The notes beneath the pieces are model-generated. The model saw only the letters and a list, made by a program, of their open reading frames with translations, did not search any database and was not told the DNA's origin. Both the position numbers and the translations under genes were made by a program. A stretch of 63,634 nt of DNA, the filler included, from Folioceros fuciformis (lineage: Eukaryota), in NCBI GenBank assembly GCA_049999805.1. It is 9 parts of 9 records of this genome, joined end to end, with 100 filler letters (N's around TTAATTAATTAA, not from the genome) between each part and the next. Parts side by side here need not be neighbours in the genome. Positions count along the whole stretch, not along the records: positions 41,665 to 47,566 come from JBNGIO010006471.1; positions 47,667 to 51,325 come from JBNGIO010006472.1; positions 51,426 to 53,833 come from JBNGIO010006473.1; positions 53,934 to 55,745 come from JBNGIO010006474.1; positions 55,846 to 60,661 come from JBNGIO010006478.1; 4 more parts are not named here. One strand, written 5' to 3'. Positions 47,230-58,843 of the stretch are shown piece by piece. How positions within the stretch are numbered: position 1 is the first letter of the stretch; each line of letters starts with the position of its first letter.

Positions 47230-47500
47230 GAGCTAAGTTATCCTCTGCAGGACATGATAGAACAGAATCAGCAGCTGCAACAGTTTTGCTGACTTCCCTA
47301 CGTGCCAGCTACCAGAGTTTTGTAAGCACACAAGCTTCATTAATGAGGAAAACACCCAGCTATACCTTATCCGAGCTTATTGGGGCTTTACTTGAAGAAG
47401 GATCCAACAGGGTGAGTTTGGGACGATCCTCCCATCACCCACAACAACATGTCTTATTTACCTCCTGAGGTAGAGGCAGGGGCCGTGGAGGATACATCTG
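47230..47500 (+). pseudogene. copia gag remnant of the dominant lineage
   Basis: SYQSFVSTQ...TLSELIGALLEE, followed by an RGRG stretch. Confidence 0.75.
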
Positions 47501-47842
47501 ACCAAACACGGAGGCAGGTGCTTGATTTCTGCCAGGAGCAATTTAAGCGATTGTCAACGGCTGGCTNNNNNNNNNNNNNNNNNNNNNNNNNNNNNNNNNN
47601 NNNNNNNNNNTTAATTAATTAANNNNNNNNNNNNNNNNNNNNNNNNNNNNNNNNNNNNNNNNNNNNTCAGGTGATTTAATCTCTCGATAGGCTTCATCCA
47701 CCCGCTGCTGCCCTGTGAGTTCGGCTGTGTAACAAACTGCTTACTGTTGTCGTCCACAGGGAAGGAGCTTGGCTGCAAAGTGGCCTTCAACACAAACTGG
47801 AAGCATCCGCTTCCAGCCCCCCCACAACCAGATAAGACTCGA

Positions 47843-50800
47843 TCACTGCTGGAAATATGCAGAGAAGTCTGTGAGCCCAAGTCCTTCCATATGGGCATAG
47901 TGCTTTTGCTTAGAGAGGCCCTTGGTCAAAATGTCGGCAGTGTTGTAATCTGTACTAACATGGCCAACTTTAATAACACCACGCTCAACCACATCGCGAA
48001 TGTAATGATGCTGAATTTCGATGTGCTTTGTACGAGCGTGAAATTTCGGGTTGGCCACTAACTCCAAGGCTGATTGATTGTCACAGAGCAACTGTGTCGG
48101 CTGGTGTTGCACTTGGTCAAGATCAGCAAGGAAACTCCTCTCCCACTCAGCTTCCTTGGAAGCCTCAGTCAACGATTTGTACTCGGCTTCGGTGGAGCTG
48201 AGTGCGATACTGGCCTGTTTCTTGCAACTCCAGTTCACAGCGGCTGAAGCGAGAAGGAAACAATAGGTAGACAAGCTGCGGCGTGAATCCTGATCAGAGG
48301 CCCAATCGGCATCCGTAAATCCGGTCAAAGTAAGTTGCGCCTTCCCACTTCGCTTGTAAACCAGTCCTGTGGTATGAGTGCCCTTGAGGTAGCGAAAAAT
48401 GCGTTTAACAGCTGTCCAGTGTGGGCGTCCAGGATTTTCAAGAAATTGAGAAGCTGTGCTCACAGAATACTGTATATCAGGTCTCGTCCAGTTCGCTATA
48501 AAGATGAGGCTACCCACAGCATGTCGGTAGGGCACATCACGCATGTCTTCGACTTCTACAGTAGTTGAGGGGCACTGAGCCCGGATGAGCTTAGCCCCAA
48601 CTGCAAAAGGAGTTGTTGCAGGACGAGCTTGATCCAGGTGAAACTTCCTCAGTATCTCACTGATGTATTTGTATTGATGAATAAACATAAGGCCTTCTGA
48701 CCGAACCCGTAATAACTGAATCCCAAGACAGAACTTCAACTCACCAATGTCTTTCATGTCAAATTGATTGCTTAGCTTGCTCTTGACATCTAACAGCAGC
48801 TGTTGGTCATTTGTGGCAAGGATAACGTCATCCACATACAAAGCTAGGATCACAACGGAGGAGCCAACAGTAAGCTTGTAGACATTAGTATCAGCTGTGC
48901 TCTGGACGAAGTTAATACTCAACAGGTAAACGTGCATGGTCAGGTACCAAACTCTCCCACTCTGTTTGAGGCCATAAATGCATTTCAGCAGCTTCAAAAC
49001 CTTATGTGGGTGTTCCTGATCCTCGTACCCTTCTGGCTGTTGCATATACAGCTCTTCGTCCAAGGCACCATAAAGGAAAGCGGTGCATACGTCCATCTGC
49101 TGCAGATCCAGGTCATGTTCAGTCGCATGTGCAAGAAGTATCCTTATTGACTGTGTGCGGACAACAAGGGAGAAGGTCTCCTGGTAGTCCAAACCCTCAA
49201 CCTGTGTAAACCCTCGGGCTACAAGACGAGCTTTGAAACGAGCCACTTGACCCTTAGCATTCAGCTTTATCTTAAAGACCCATTTGCAGGATATGGCTGT
49301 ACGGCCAGGAGGTAAGTCAGATAATACCCAAGTCTTGTTTTTAACCAAAGACTGATACTCGTCCTCCACAGCCACTTTCCATTCTTCTGACTCCGAGCCA
49401 TTGAAAGCTTCAAATAGGGAAGTAGGCTCATCTGGAACAGCAAAGTTGACTGCTAGGTTAGTCCTAAAGTCTACAGAATGGTAACGTGGCTCTGTCCATT
49501 CAAATGGTGTTGGACGATGGCGAGTAGACCGCCGCAGTTCAGGTTCACTATCAGGAGGAACAGCCTGTGCAGGCGCAACTTCAACAGAATCTTGGAGACA
49601 AGCGTCGGCAGCATCCTGTGGAGGATCAACAGGAACAGGAACATCATGACAGACTAGATGATCAGCTGGATCAGGCTGTAAGTCCTGATCAGCAGCGGGA
49701 GCCTCCACAGGTTGGAAGTCGTCGTCAGCTGAATCCACGGGTGGAATCTGAGGTGGTAAAGCAACAGGTTCCATGTCATCCAGAGGATATTCTGCTGTGT
49801 CATCAGCATAGTGTGGATCAGAGTCTCCAGAAGAAGCTACCACAGAGAATGTGTCTCTAGGTGCTGTGGGCTCAAGGAAGGTAACACTGCGAGCAAGCAC
49901 AATTGAGGTTGTCTCAGGATGATACAGCTTGTAAGCCTTCACTTGTTCGCTGTACCCCACAAAGATAAGAGCCTGTGCTCGAGCATCCAGCTTCTTCCTC
50001 TTCTCAGCAGGAATATGAGCATACGCCTTAGACCCAAAAATCCGCAGGTGAAGCAAACTGGGCCTCTTATGCCAGAACACTTCATATGGGGTTTTATGAG
50101 GGACTGAGCTTGTGAGAACTTTGTTCAGAATATAGGTTGCCGTCACATCGGCCTCGGCCCAATATCCCTGGGGTAAGCCTGCCCAAATAAGCATGCTCCT
50201 AGTCATACCTAACAAAGTCTGATTTTTCCTTTCTGATACACCGTTTTGTTGTGGTGTGTAGGGCACAGTCAATTGTCGAAGAATCCCATACTCTTGAAGC
50301 AATTCGTCAAAAGGTGAGTTTAAAAACTCCGACCCATTGTCTGTCCTTAGGATCTTGAGGGGCATGCCTGATTGTCTTTGAGCAGTCGAAAGCCACTCCT
50401 TGAAACAGCTGAAAGTATCACTCTTCAGATGCAAAGGGAAGGTCCACGTGTACCAACTGTAATCATCAGTCAAAGTGAAAAAGTAATGTGAACCTCCTAG
50501 AGACAGTGCATGGATTTTCCCTGATATATCAGCATGCACTAACTCGAGGACTTGAGTGGCTCTGTATGCAGGAGCATTAGGAAAAGGGGATTCCTTCTGT
50601 TTGGCCAAAATACAAGACTCACAAATTGGTAAGTCTTTAAAACACTTAGGAAGTGGCTCCCTGTGGCATTCCGTGACAGACATATCTATAAGCTTGGACC
50701 GGTTGACATGACCTAGTCTAGCGTGCCACAACACTGCCTCTTGCTTTGTACTGACTGAATGACTTGACGTGGACAGTGCAGAATGCTGGGAGACAGTAGC

Positions 50801-51325
50801 AAAGTTGCAGGTAATATTCAGCCTGTACAGATCATGGGCTAAGATGCCTTTGAAGACACATATGTCTGGATAGGACCTTCTGTAGAAGGAGCAATGATTA
50901 GCATCAGCACGCATACAAAAGGTACGTAGGCGTAACAACTGACTCATAGACATAAGGTTTTTAGCCATACTTGGAACAAACAGGACATCATCTAACTTGA
51001 GATCAGTGTTATCCTGCAGCCTAAAGATACAACTACCTCTGCCATCAATGCGCAGACTAGTTGTACTTTGCTCATCTCCGAGCAACACCTTGTCACGTAC
51101 ATGACCAAGGTCAAGGGTAGTAAACAACTCCCTGTCCTTGCAGATATGGGTGGTGGCGCCGGAGTCAAGGTACCAGCTGCCATCGTCATTACATGTACTG
51201 GAAAGGCAAACAGTAAGGATCTTAACTGGTGCCTTCGTGTCTCCAGAAGTTTTCTCCTTGACAGCAGAGTTGGCCCTCGGCTGCCGTTGGGGCTCACCTG
51301 CCTTCTTCTTACGGCATTCTCTTGC
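47843..51325 (-). CDS. Ty1/copia pol (end of gag, PR, INT, RT, RNase H), open frame, 5'-truncated by the contig end
   Basis: No stop from 51325 to 47843. WYLDSGAT, HADISG/RTDNG/SERKN, MDVCTAFL/YVDD, TDADWA/EAEY/CDNQ/ADILTK. Confidence 0.95.
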   Translation of the reverse strand, partial: ARECRKKKAGEPQRQPRANSAVKEKTSGDTKAPVKILTVCLSSTCNDDGSWYLDSGATTHICKDRELFTTLDLGHVRDKVLLGDEQSTTSLRIDGRGSCIFRLQDNTDLKLDDVLFVPSMAKNLMSMSQLLRLRTFCMRADANHCSFYRRSYPDICVFKGILAHDLYRLNITCNFATVSQHSALSTSSHSVSTKQEAVLWHARLGHVNRSKLIDMSVTECHREPLPKCFKDLPICESCILAKQKESPFPNAPAYRATQVLELVHADISGKIHALSLGGSHYFFTLTDDYSWYTWTFPLHLKSDTFSCFKEWLSTAQRQSGMPLKILRTDNGSEFLNSPFDELLQEYGILRQLTVPYTPQQNGVSERKNQTLLGMTRSMLIWAGLPQGYWAEADVTATYILNKVLTSSVPHKTPYEVFWHKRPSLLHLRIFGSKAYAHIPAEKRKKLDARAQALIFVGYSEQVKAYKLYHPETTSIVLARSVTFLEPTAPRDTFSVVASSGDSDPHYADDTAEYPLDDMEPVALPPQIPPVDSADDDFQPVEAPAADQDLQPDPADHLVCHDVPVPVDPPQDAADACLQDSVEVAPAQAVPPDSEPELRRSTRHRPTPFEWTEPRYHSVDFRTNLAVNFAVPDEPTSLFEAFNGSESEEWKVAVEDEYQSLVKNKTWVLSDLPPGRTAISCKWVFKIKLNAKGQVARFKARLVARGFTQVEGLDYQETFSLVVRTQSIRILLAHATEHDLDLQQMDVCTAFLYGALDEELYMQQPEGYEDQEHPHKVLKLLKCIYGLKQSGRVWYLTMHVYLLSINFVQSTADTNVYKLTVGSSVVILALYVDDVILATNDQQLLLDVKSKLSNQFDMKDIGELKFCLGIQLLRVRSEGLMFIHQYKYISEILRKFHLDQARPATTPFAVGAKLIRAQCPSTTVEVEDMRDVPYRHAVGSLIFIANWTRPDIQYSVSTASQFLENPGRPHWTAVKRIFRYLKGTHTTGLVYKRSGKAQLTLTGFTDADWASDQDSRRSLSTYCFLLASAAVNWSCKKQASIALSSTEAEYKSLTEASKEAEWERSFLADLDQVQHQPTQLLCDNQSALELVANPKFHARTKHIEIQHHYIRDVVERGVIKVGHVSTDYNTADILTKGLSKQKHYAHMEGLGLTDFSAYFQQ

Positions 51326-51450
51326 NNNNNNNNNNNNNNNNNNNNNNNNNNNNNNNNNNNNNNNNNNNNTTAATTAATTAANNNNNNNNNNNNNNNNNNN
51401 NNNNNNNNNNNNNNNNNNNNNNNNNGACGGTCCCAGCCGAGATTAACGCC

Positions 51451-51936
51451 TTGGCATATTCTCTTGTGGGCAGGACGGGGTTTCACAATCTGAATTGGTC
51501 CAGAGACAGAGAGCGTGCCGAACTGCTTCGGCCACTCTACCAACGAGATCACCAAATGAGGGATTACCTGTCTCGGGATCGACTCTTTAGAGATCAGAGG
51601 AAGGATAGGCGACAGAGGCAAGCTCGTGCAGCTAACACATCTGCCGCCCTGGGCTATACCTGCAGAGCGTCAAGAGCGGTGCGCCCTGAGGACCATACAC
51701 CCGCTTCCAGTGGAGACGCCCTTCGAGATTTCCACACCGACGTTGCTTCCAGTCGATTCAACGCTGCTCTTAAGGAAATTTGTATTACCATCGAATCCCT
51801 CCACACGAGAATTCTCGTCAATAATCTGCAAATTCTAGCAAGCTTTGACGCCATCAACGAGAAATTGACAACTAAGATCAAGGAATTCACTGATCACCTG
51901 CATAGATTGGAGATTGTTGCTCCCAACATCCAGTAG
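51451..51936 (+). CDS. extra ORF upstream of gag of copia F (probably 5'-truncated)
   Basis: Arg-rich N-terminal half and C-terminal heptads INEKLTTKIKEFTDHLHRL, located before gag at 52478. Confidence 0.5.
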   Translation: MAYSLVGRTGFHNLNWSRDRERAELLRPLYQRDHQMRDYLSRDRLFRDQRKDRRQRQARAANTSAALGYTCRASRAVRPEDHTPASSGDALRDFHTDVASSRFNAALKEICITIESLHTRILVNNLQILASFDAINEKLTTKIKEFTDHLHRLEIVAPNIQ

Positions 51937-52477
51937 ACTTCGGTGTTTCCCGATCTCCCATCTTCCGCTGCCTGAGAGCCGCGAGGTGTGAAGCGTTGCG
52001 TGTGCTTCCGCGACCCTTCCATCTTCGCCGACACCTGGCTGAGCGGGCGTCCATGCTGGCCGTTTCTAAGGTTTCAGACGTCGCGTCTCGTCAGGTAAGG
52101 CACCACTGTCGGTTGGTGGTGTCCCCAGCCAGCAGACACACACTTTTTTTTTTTTTTTTTTCAAGCCACACACGAAGAACCAGTCAACCCCTGTGTTTGC
52201 CAGGCCCTCCTTGTGTGCCCGGACAGATCCCTCCCTTGCGATCCATCTTGTTAGCGCACAGTCACAAGCACAATCAGTAAATAGAGCAGTGTTCTTCATA
52301 CCTTTGGCCCTTCTCTAGGTCATAACCTTCCAGAGGGGGCTCTTGCGTATGTCAGACACTTCTACATCTTCATAAGGCAGTGGTGATGGATACTCTGGCT
52401 CCGACCATATTGAACCCCCAGATTCTACTGTAGCTCGACTTGTAGAGCAACTGCAGGCGCTTACCTTAGTATCCATC

Positions 52478-53833
52478 ATGGGCACTAATATTCCACCACC
52501 GCCTCCTCCTCCTCCACCTCAGTTTTGGCACAGGTCTGCACCTGTCCCTACCTTCACTTCGGACATGAAGGAGAAAGATCGTTTTAATGGCACCAAGTAC
52601 CCGGTATGGAAGGTGCGCATGCGATCAGCCCTTGAAGCCCGAGGTGTGTGGGGAGTTGTGGATCAGTCTGTTCCTGAACCGGACCTCAACAGCACGCCTT
52701 CACCATCTCCTCTTGCTGTGGAGCGTTGGCTGTCTCTCAACTCTATCGCCCTTGCTTTTATTATAAATGGCCTTGATGAAGACCTTGTACCTACAGTGGA
52801 ATTCCATACACGCGCACATCAGGTTTGGGATCAGCTTGCTACTACATATCAAGTTAAAAATCTGATGTCTCTCTGCGCTGTAAGACAGGAATTTTACACG
52901 TTGAAGATGAGGGAGGGGGAGAAAATGGCCGCTCATATCACCAAGTTTCGTCAGCTCAGATCTCAACTCTTGAGTATGGGTACGAAAATGGATGAATTGG
53001 ACGCGGCAGCTCACCTCCTCACAACGTTGCCACCTTCGTACCAAGGCTTCATCACTACACAGAATACTCCATACTTGACTGCCTCAGCTGGCCGAACTTC
53101 AACCTACACAGTCGACATTCTTGTGGGCGCTCTGTTTCAGGAAGAACAAGCCAGGAGCCACTCATCTGGAGGTTCTCGTCTCAAGGGAGATAAGATCCTG
53201 TCTGCAAGACACACACCAAACAGGAACAAGAGTAAATCTCATAACAATCAGAAGTCTGACTCCAGCCCTTCTAACCCACCCAAAAGGGCAGGCACATGTA
53301 ATTGGTGTGGGATTGCCGGGCACTGGTCCCGTGAATGTAAAAAGAAGAAGGCTGGCGAGCCTCAGCGAACTTCTAAGAATTTGGCTAGTGTCGTTAAGGA
53401 AAAATCCAGTGATACCAAAAGCGTAGTTAAGATACTTACAGTCTGCTTGATTAGCTCTTGCCAAGATACAGAGAGCTGGTACCAGGATTCAGGTGCCACA
53501 GCTCATATCTGTCGGAACGAGAGTCAGTTCACCTCATTGACCCTATGTTGTGAGAACGATAAGGTTTTCCTTGGAGATGAATAGTTGGACAGCAGCCTGC
53601 AAGTCAAAGGACGAGGCATAGTTACTTTCAGATTGAAGGATGGTTCAGATCTCATTCTGGAACGCGTTTTGTACGTACCAGCCATGGCGAAGAATCTATT
53701 GTCCATGAGTCAGCTTCTGAAGCTGAGGACTATAGAGATGAGGGCCACTGGTGACACGTGCACCTTCTACAGGAAAATGACTCCCGACATTTGCATTTTC
53801 AAGGGTCTCCTTGATAATGACTTGTATTGCCTT
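52478..53833 (+). pseudogene. copia F gag-protease, one in-frame TAG, cut by the contig end
   Basis: MKEKDRFNG, CNWCGIAGHWSREC, WYQDSGAT, TAG at 53582-53584. Confidence 0.92.
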
Positions 53834-53959
53834 NNNNNNNNNNNNNNNNNNNNNNNNNNNNNNNNNNNNNNNNNNNNTTAATTAATTAANNNNNNNNNNN
53901 NNNNNNNNNNNNNNNNNNNNNNNNNNNNNNNNNGTAGATTGGAGTCGATCCTATTGACA

Positions 53960-53971
53960 TGGTATCAGAGC
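53960..53971 (+). promoter_or_regulatory. primer-binding site tRNA-iMet following an LTR end (...GACA)
   Basis: TGGTATCAGAGC. Confidence 0.85.
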
Positions 53972-54229
53972 CCGGTGCAGGCGGTGCAAGATCGGCGTAG
54001 GAGGTGCTGCAAGAGGCAGCAAGAGTGCACACCAGAAGCTAGAGCAGCTACGAGAAGTTGGAGCAGCTTGGAGGGAGATTGGCAGCAAGCGTCCCGGCAG
54101 TTAACTCTCATATCGGTGTGTGCAGGAAGTGAGGAGAAGGGCGACAAGGCCCTGTCAGCTTACTGGACTAGCTGTTGATCCCCAGAGCTCTGTGGAAGGG
54201 CTGACAAGTGGAGGCAACAGCTGCAATAG

Positions 54230-55745
54230 CCTCAGCAGCTGAATTTTGGTAAGACAAAGGTAAGCTCATTAGCAGTTGTGCACCGGCATCGGTCTCCGAC
54301 ATGGTTGAGCCAAGGGAGGCGAGCTGCCCTCACAATTGTCCGAACTTAGCAAGCGCCTACGATGTCCTCCATCGTCTTGATACAGAGTGCCTACGATGTC
54401 CTCCATCGTCTTGATACAGAGTGCCTACGATGTCCTCCATCATCAAGGTGGGAGTCATGCCTGACTTACCGTGGGTAGATACCAACATCAGGCTGGTAAC
54501 AAAGTTTTGGTAAGAGACTGGTAAGCTCATCAACAGTTGTGCAGCGGCATCGGTCTCCGACATAGTGGAGCCAAGAGAGGCGAGCTGCCCTCACAACTAT
54601 CTGAACTTTGAGGTATGAGCAGAGATCATATTTGTCTCCTTCATCCTTAAGGAGTTGAATTTCTGCCGTACACTGTACAAGGTTATAACATTGTATGTTT
54701 TTGACAGCTGGTCCCAGATGGAGGATGCATCTGAGAGAAATTCAATACTAGGCACAAGACTTGAATCCAAGCCGCTGATTAGAAGTGCCGCAGCTATCCC
54801 GTTCAAGTACTCCCATTTCTCAATGTCTACAGCGGAAGGTGGTGGAACTGCTGCGTGATTAGGCTTTGGAAGAGTGACGTCGATAAGCTTCCAAACGCCT
54901 CAACCAATAAGGATTGACTTCATCTGAACGCGCCACACAGGGTAGTGTTGATCGTTGAATCGGTCTCTCTCTCTAATGTGGTCGGTGAGGACAGGATTTG
55001 AGCTTGTAAGGGCGAAGGAGGAGGTGCTAGCCATGGCAGCAGGTGGGTTGTGGAAAGCGAGTTGAAGTGCTGTGTAAGCTGGTCCACAAGCTCCCAGTAA
55101 GTCGTGGTCATAAAATTAAAAGTAGTCAATATCCGAAAGAGTCGAGAGATCTAAGAGAAAATGGGTATCCCTCTCTTGTTGTGTGGGCAAGCGGGTGTGG
55201 TATCCCTACCAAGCACCCGCTCACATGTATCGTGGCCACATCAATCCCACGGTCGTTGTAGGCTTCCCGGAATCGCTCCCCTCTGAGCCTAGTCAGCTAC
55301 GTATATCGTTCCCCTACAATAGTCAACCCTCCCAATCACGTACCTACCAATCGTGCAACATGTTCAATCAATAGGTAGGCACCATTTCTTCACTTGGAAG
55401 GGCCCCAGTACCTCCCCCTATTGATTTCTACTTCCCTACACTCAATACCTTTTCCTCACAAGGCTCCCTACAACACCTTCCTCACGTCTAGTCAGTAGGT
55501 GGGCACCATGTTGAGTTATCGAGCTCTATATGAGCTAAACTCATGTGGTGTTAGTTATCCCAGTTGGGTTCATACTAGACTAGTTCTAGTTATTAGTGAA
55601 CTTAGGATAGTGTAGATTATCCCATATTGAACCTGGAAGTTGTGTAGCCCTAAATGTACTACTTAAATGGAGACCTCGAACCTCCATAGTAAGACAGTGG
55701 TGATGTGTATTGTTTTCATGGTTGTGATCACCAATACCACCCTCT
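54230..55745 (-). mobile_element. degenerate copia G (LTR part, PBS, gag remnant with internal duplications)
   Basis: RERDRFN-type gag remnant ~54360-55035. CA followed by TGGTGCCCACC at 55498-55510. 34-bp tandem at ~54355-54440. Confidence 0.7.
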
Positions 55746-56036
55746 NNNNNNNNNNNNNNNNNNNNNNNNNNNNNNNNNNNNNNNNNNNNTTAATTAATTA
55801 ANNNNNNNNNNNNNNNNNNNNNNNNNNNNNNNNNNNNNNNNNNNNGATAGCTAGCACGGCGGTGGTGGATGAGGATCGCCTGGCGCATTATTGGAGCGTG
55901 TGTACGAAAAGGGCAGTGGCGGATGAATGATTGAGTGGCGCATTATTGCAGGGTGTGTAAGAAAAGGGGAGGCCTGAGCTCGGGAGGAGAGCATTGGCGA
56001 GGTGGCTGTCTCCGGAGCACAGCAAAGGCGATAGCG

Positions 56037-56555
56037 ATGGCGATGGCGATGGCGAGGCTGGAGAAGCGGATCATGGCGGTGCTGCTGTTTCTGGCGCTGG
56101 CGATGGCGAGCGAAGCTGCGGTTACCAAGCACGTGGTGGGATTCTGGTTGCACTTCACGGACTCCACACCGGTGTTCGGATCGCTCGAGAGCGGGAACGC
56201 AGTGTCGAGCTTCGGCCAGGGCACCGTCTTTGACTACCCTATCACCGGCGGGGCCACCGTGGACAGCACGCTGTTGGGCAAGGCGCGGGGCTTGTTCGTG
56301 GCCAACTCCGACACCCTGGGCAGCCAGACCTTTCTGGAGGTGTTCACCGTCTCCTTCACCACGCTGAGCCAGTACTCCGGCAGCTCCCTCCAAATCGCCG
56401 GCCTCTGGGACAGCGCGGATTCGGTGCACGAGTTGCCTGTCACCGGCGGCACTGGCTACTTCCGCTCTGCGCGCGGCTACGCCTCGATCGAGCGGGTTGC
56501 CGAATCCGAAACGAGCTCTTACTTCGTTGTGATCACGCTCGATGTTGTCTCGTGA
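56037..56555 (+). CDS. dirigent-like protein (secreted)
   Basis: Signal peptide, FGQGTVFDYPITGG, LLGKARG, ELPVTGGTGYFRSARGYA dirigent motifs, intronless. Confidence 0.88.
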   Translation: MAMAMARLEKRIMAVLLFLALAMASEAAVTKHVVGFWLHFTDSTPVFGSLESGNAVSSFGQGTVFDYPITGGATVDSTLLGKARGLFVANSDTLGSQTFLEVFTVSFTTLSQYSGSSLQIAGLWDSADSVHELPVTGGTGYFRSARGYASIERVAESETSSYFVVITLDVVS

Positions 56556-57329
56556 TGCGCCTGCCTGCGTGCGGCTTTGTTGCAGAACGTAGCAAGGTCC
56601 GGCTTCGCTGTTGCCGTTGCTCACTGTCGTGTGTGAAGGGCAAAGTCGGCAATGGAGTTGTGTTTCTATAATACATTTTCTTCGTGCTGCTGCATTATAA
56701 TCAGGCTTTTCTTTTCTGGGTGGTTGGTGGATGCTTTGAATCTGTCTGTCTGAATCATGTGAGCGACTGGCGACTGGCGCGCGACTAGCGAGTAGAGGGG
56801 GACCGAACATGACCGCTGTCACGCTTGATTCCATCCTGGCTCGGATCACGCAGCCCTTGTCCGCCGGCAGCTCCGTTGCAAAAGGAGAGCGCCGACAACA
56901 CGCCGAAAGACTGGATTAGTGTTTGTCATCGGGTGGTGCATGCGACTGACGGTGTTTCGAGGAGTCCTCTCTGTAAGGAGGGACGAGAAATTCCATGATC
57001 CGATGGCATGGCAGGGACGTTGTGCAGTGCAGGCTTCCACGTGTCTATATGTCGCACTCCATGGAGAAATGCTGGCTGGCCCTCACACGGCCACTCGCAA
57101 ATGCACACGACAGGCTCCTGATTCGTCAACACCCTAACGAGGAGGGGGGCGCATATTAGAAAAGGCACGACCGTCACGGAAGAAAAAGGTTAAATCTGAG
57201 ACTTCCCCGTCGAGAAGTATGGCGATCATGCTCTGGAAGACTTACCGGTCCAGGAAGTGGCAGGTCATCCTGGACGCTTGGGTATGACTAGTGACTCGCA
57301 GGTAACCCCGGCCCTGTGCATCATCCGAC

Positions 57330-57640
57330 TCGTAAGCATGCCACTGCAAACAGGTTCCTCGCACATGCATGCATCTCCCATGAATCTTGCTCACTCGGCA
57401 AGAGCCATCACTCCCCATTTCCCAAGGCATCAACAACACGATCAACAAAATGGCTTCAGTTAGTACAGTCAGACCTATGTGGTCCATTCAACAGATCCCC
57501 ACCTGGCTACTCCTACTTCATGCTGCTTATCGACGACGTTAGTCGCTTCACGGTTATATACTTGCTTACTCAAAACCAGATCTCAAGCATTTACTTGCTT
57601 TAAGGAATACAAGACCTGGGCCGAGAAGCAAACAGGTGAC
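57330..57640 (+). pseudogene. copia integrase N-terminal remnant
   Basis: LQLVQSDLCGP...YFMLLIDDVSRFT...FKEYKTWAEKQTG. Confidence 0.8.
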
Positions 57641-58149
57641 AACCTCCTCAACGGAGGAACCACAAACAGATGGTGCTACGACCTGGTAAAATGCAATGCG
57701 GGGAAATGAGAAGTTGGGTCAGGAGCGTACCTCAGTGCATGGCTGAGGGCGTCGACAGGTCCATTGATCCTCATCTGATAATCTCGCGGGTGAGAAAACT
57801 CAAGAAGGAACCTCACGCAAATCATATTTAACAAGAAGGGGCAGGACCAACCTGGACTGAACTACCAACGAACAGGTTGACTAAAGCCTGGTTGACTTGT
57901 ACTTCGTTCTGGATAGGGTTCACCCCGCTTTTGCAATCAGGCTTAATGTCAGCTTCGCTACCCTGTGACCCTCGATGGCTAGGGATCACGGAGAACTCGA
58001 ACACACGAAAACTGAGATTGCAGCACCTGTCAGCTCATGTGAACGAAGCACAGAAAAGTGGTGGAAGGCTGCGATTGTGGACAAAATGACTTGAAAAGCA
58101 CTTACGGTTCTACATATTCCTTGCCCTTCCGTACAACGAGCATGTCCAC

Positions 58150-58843
58150 GGAATCCGATTCATTCTCAAATGCGCAACCCTGATGATGGAATCGCAATAC
58201 TGATGAAGCTAATGCCTGCTATACTCGCCTTCGGTGTTCTCCCTGATCATGATAACATCAACCTCATCATACTTCGTCCTGTTTAAGCCTGGAATACTCA
58301 AACATGGTCCCACATTTGCGTAGAGCCGTAGCTCCTTCCGCAGAGTAAGGTTGAGTGACTTGTGGCCCTTGTCATTGGGCCCTCCAACCCGATCCTATTC
58401 TTTCGCTCAGAGTCCATGCTCTCCATTGTCACAACGCTCCCGGTTCTAGGGTCCACCTTCGTCCCCACGTGATGCTCCTCCCATTCGACGGGGACATTAG
58501 CAGCCTTGAGATTCTGAACAGATGGACGCAGCCATCACTGAGACGAAGACAGGACACGCCTCTAAACCGCGTCTCCATACACCGTAGTTCCGTGTTCTCA
58601 CAGCCGCAATCACAGCAACAAACACACAGCTTGAACATCCACATTTCCCAAGCCGGAGAAGGCTGACCACAGGCATTGCGATACCTGCTTGACAGAAGAG
58701 GCAATCTCTGGTCCAAATCCATCTCCCGGGAAGCGGGTTGCAGTCAGCCCCCACGCCGAGGATGTTGAGAACAATCTCACAACTCTCATCATGTGGGCAG
58801 GTGCGGCTTTAGCGCATAAGCTGCGTAGGGGAGCAGCCGTCAT
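58150..58843 (-). pseudogene. IDH: mitochondrial NAD-dependent isocitrate dehydrogenase catalytic subunit pseudogene fragment
   Basis: TATRFPGDGFGPEIASSVKQV, a GT..AG intron, then [31 protein letters not shown] and [10 protein letters not shown], with frameshifts. Confidence 0.88.

Noticed and set aside
47667-53833. Adjacent copia contigs as one element or an inverted pair
   Set aside because: Separated by an artificial linker, and their overlapping protease regions differ
55851-56849. 332-aa minus ORF and 219-aa plus ORF (59997-60656)
   Set aside because: Antisense shadows of the GC3-rich dirigent genes
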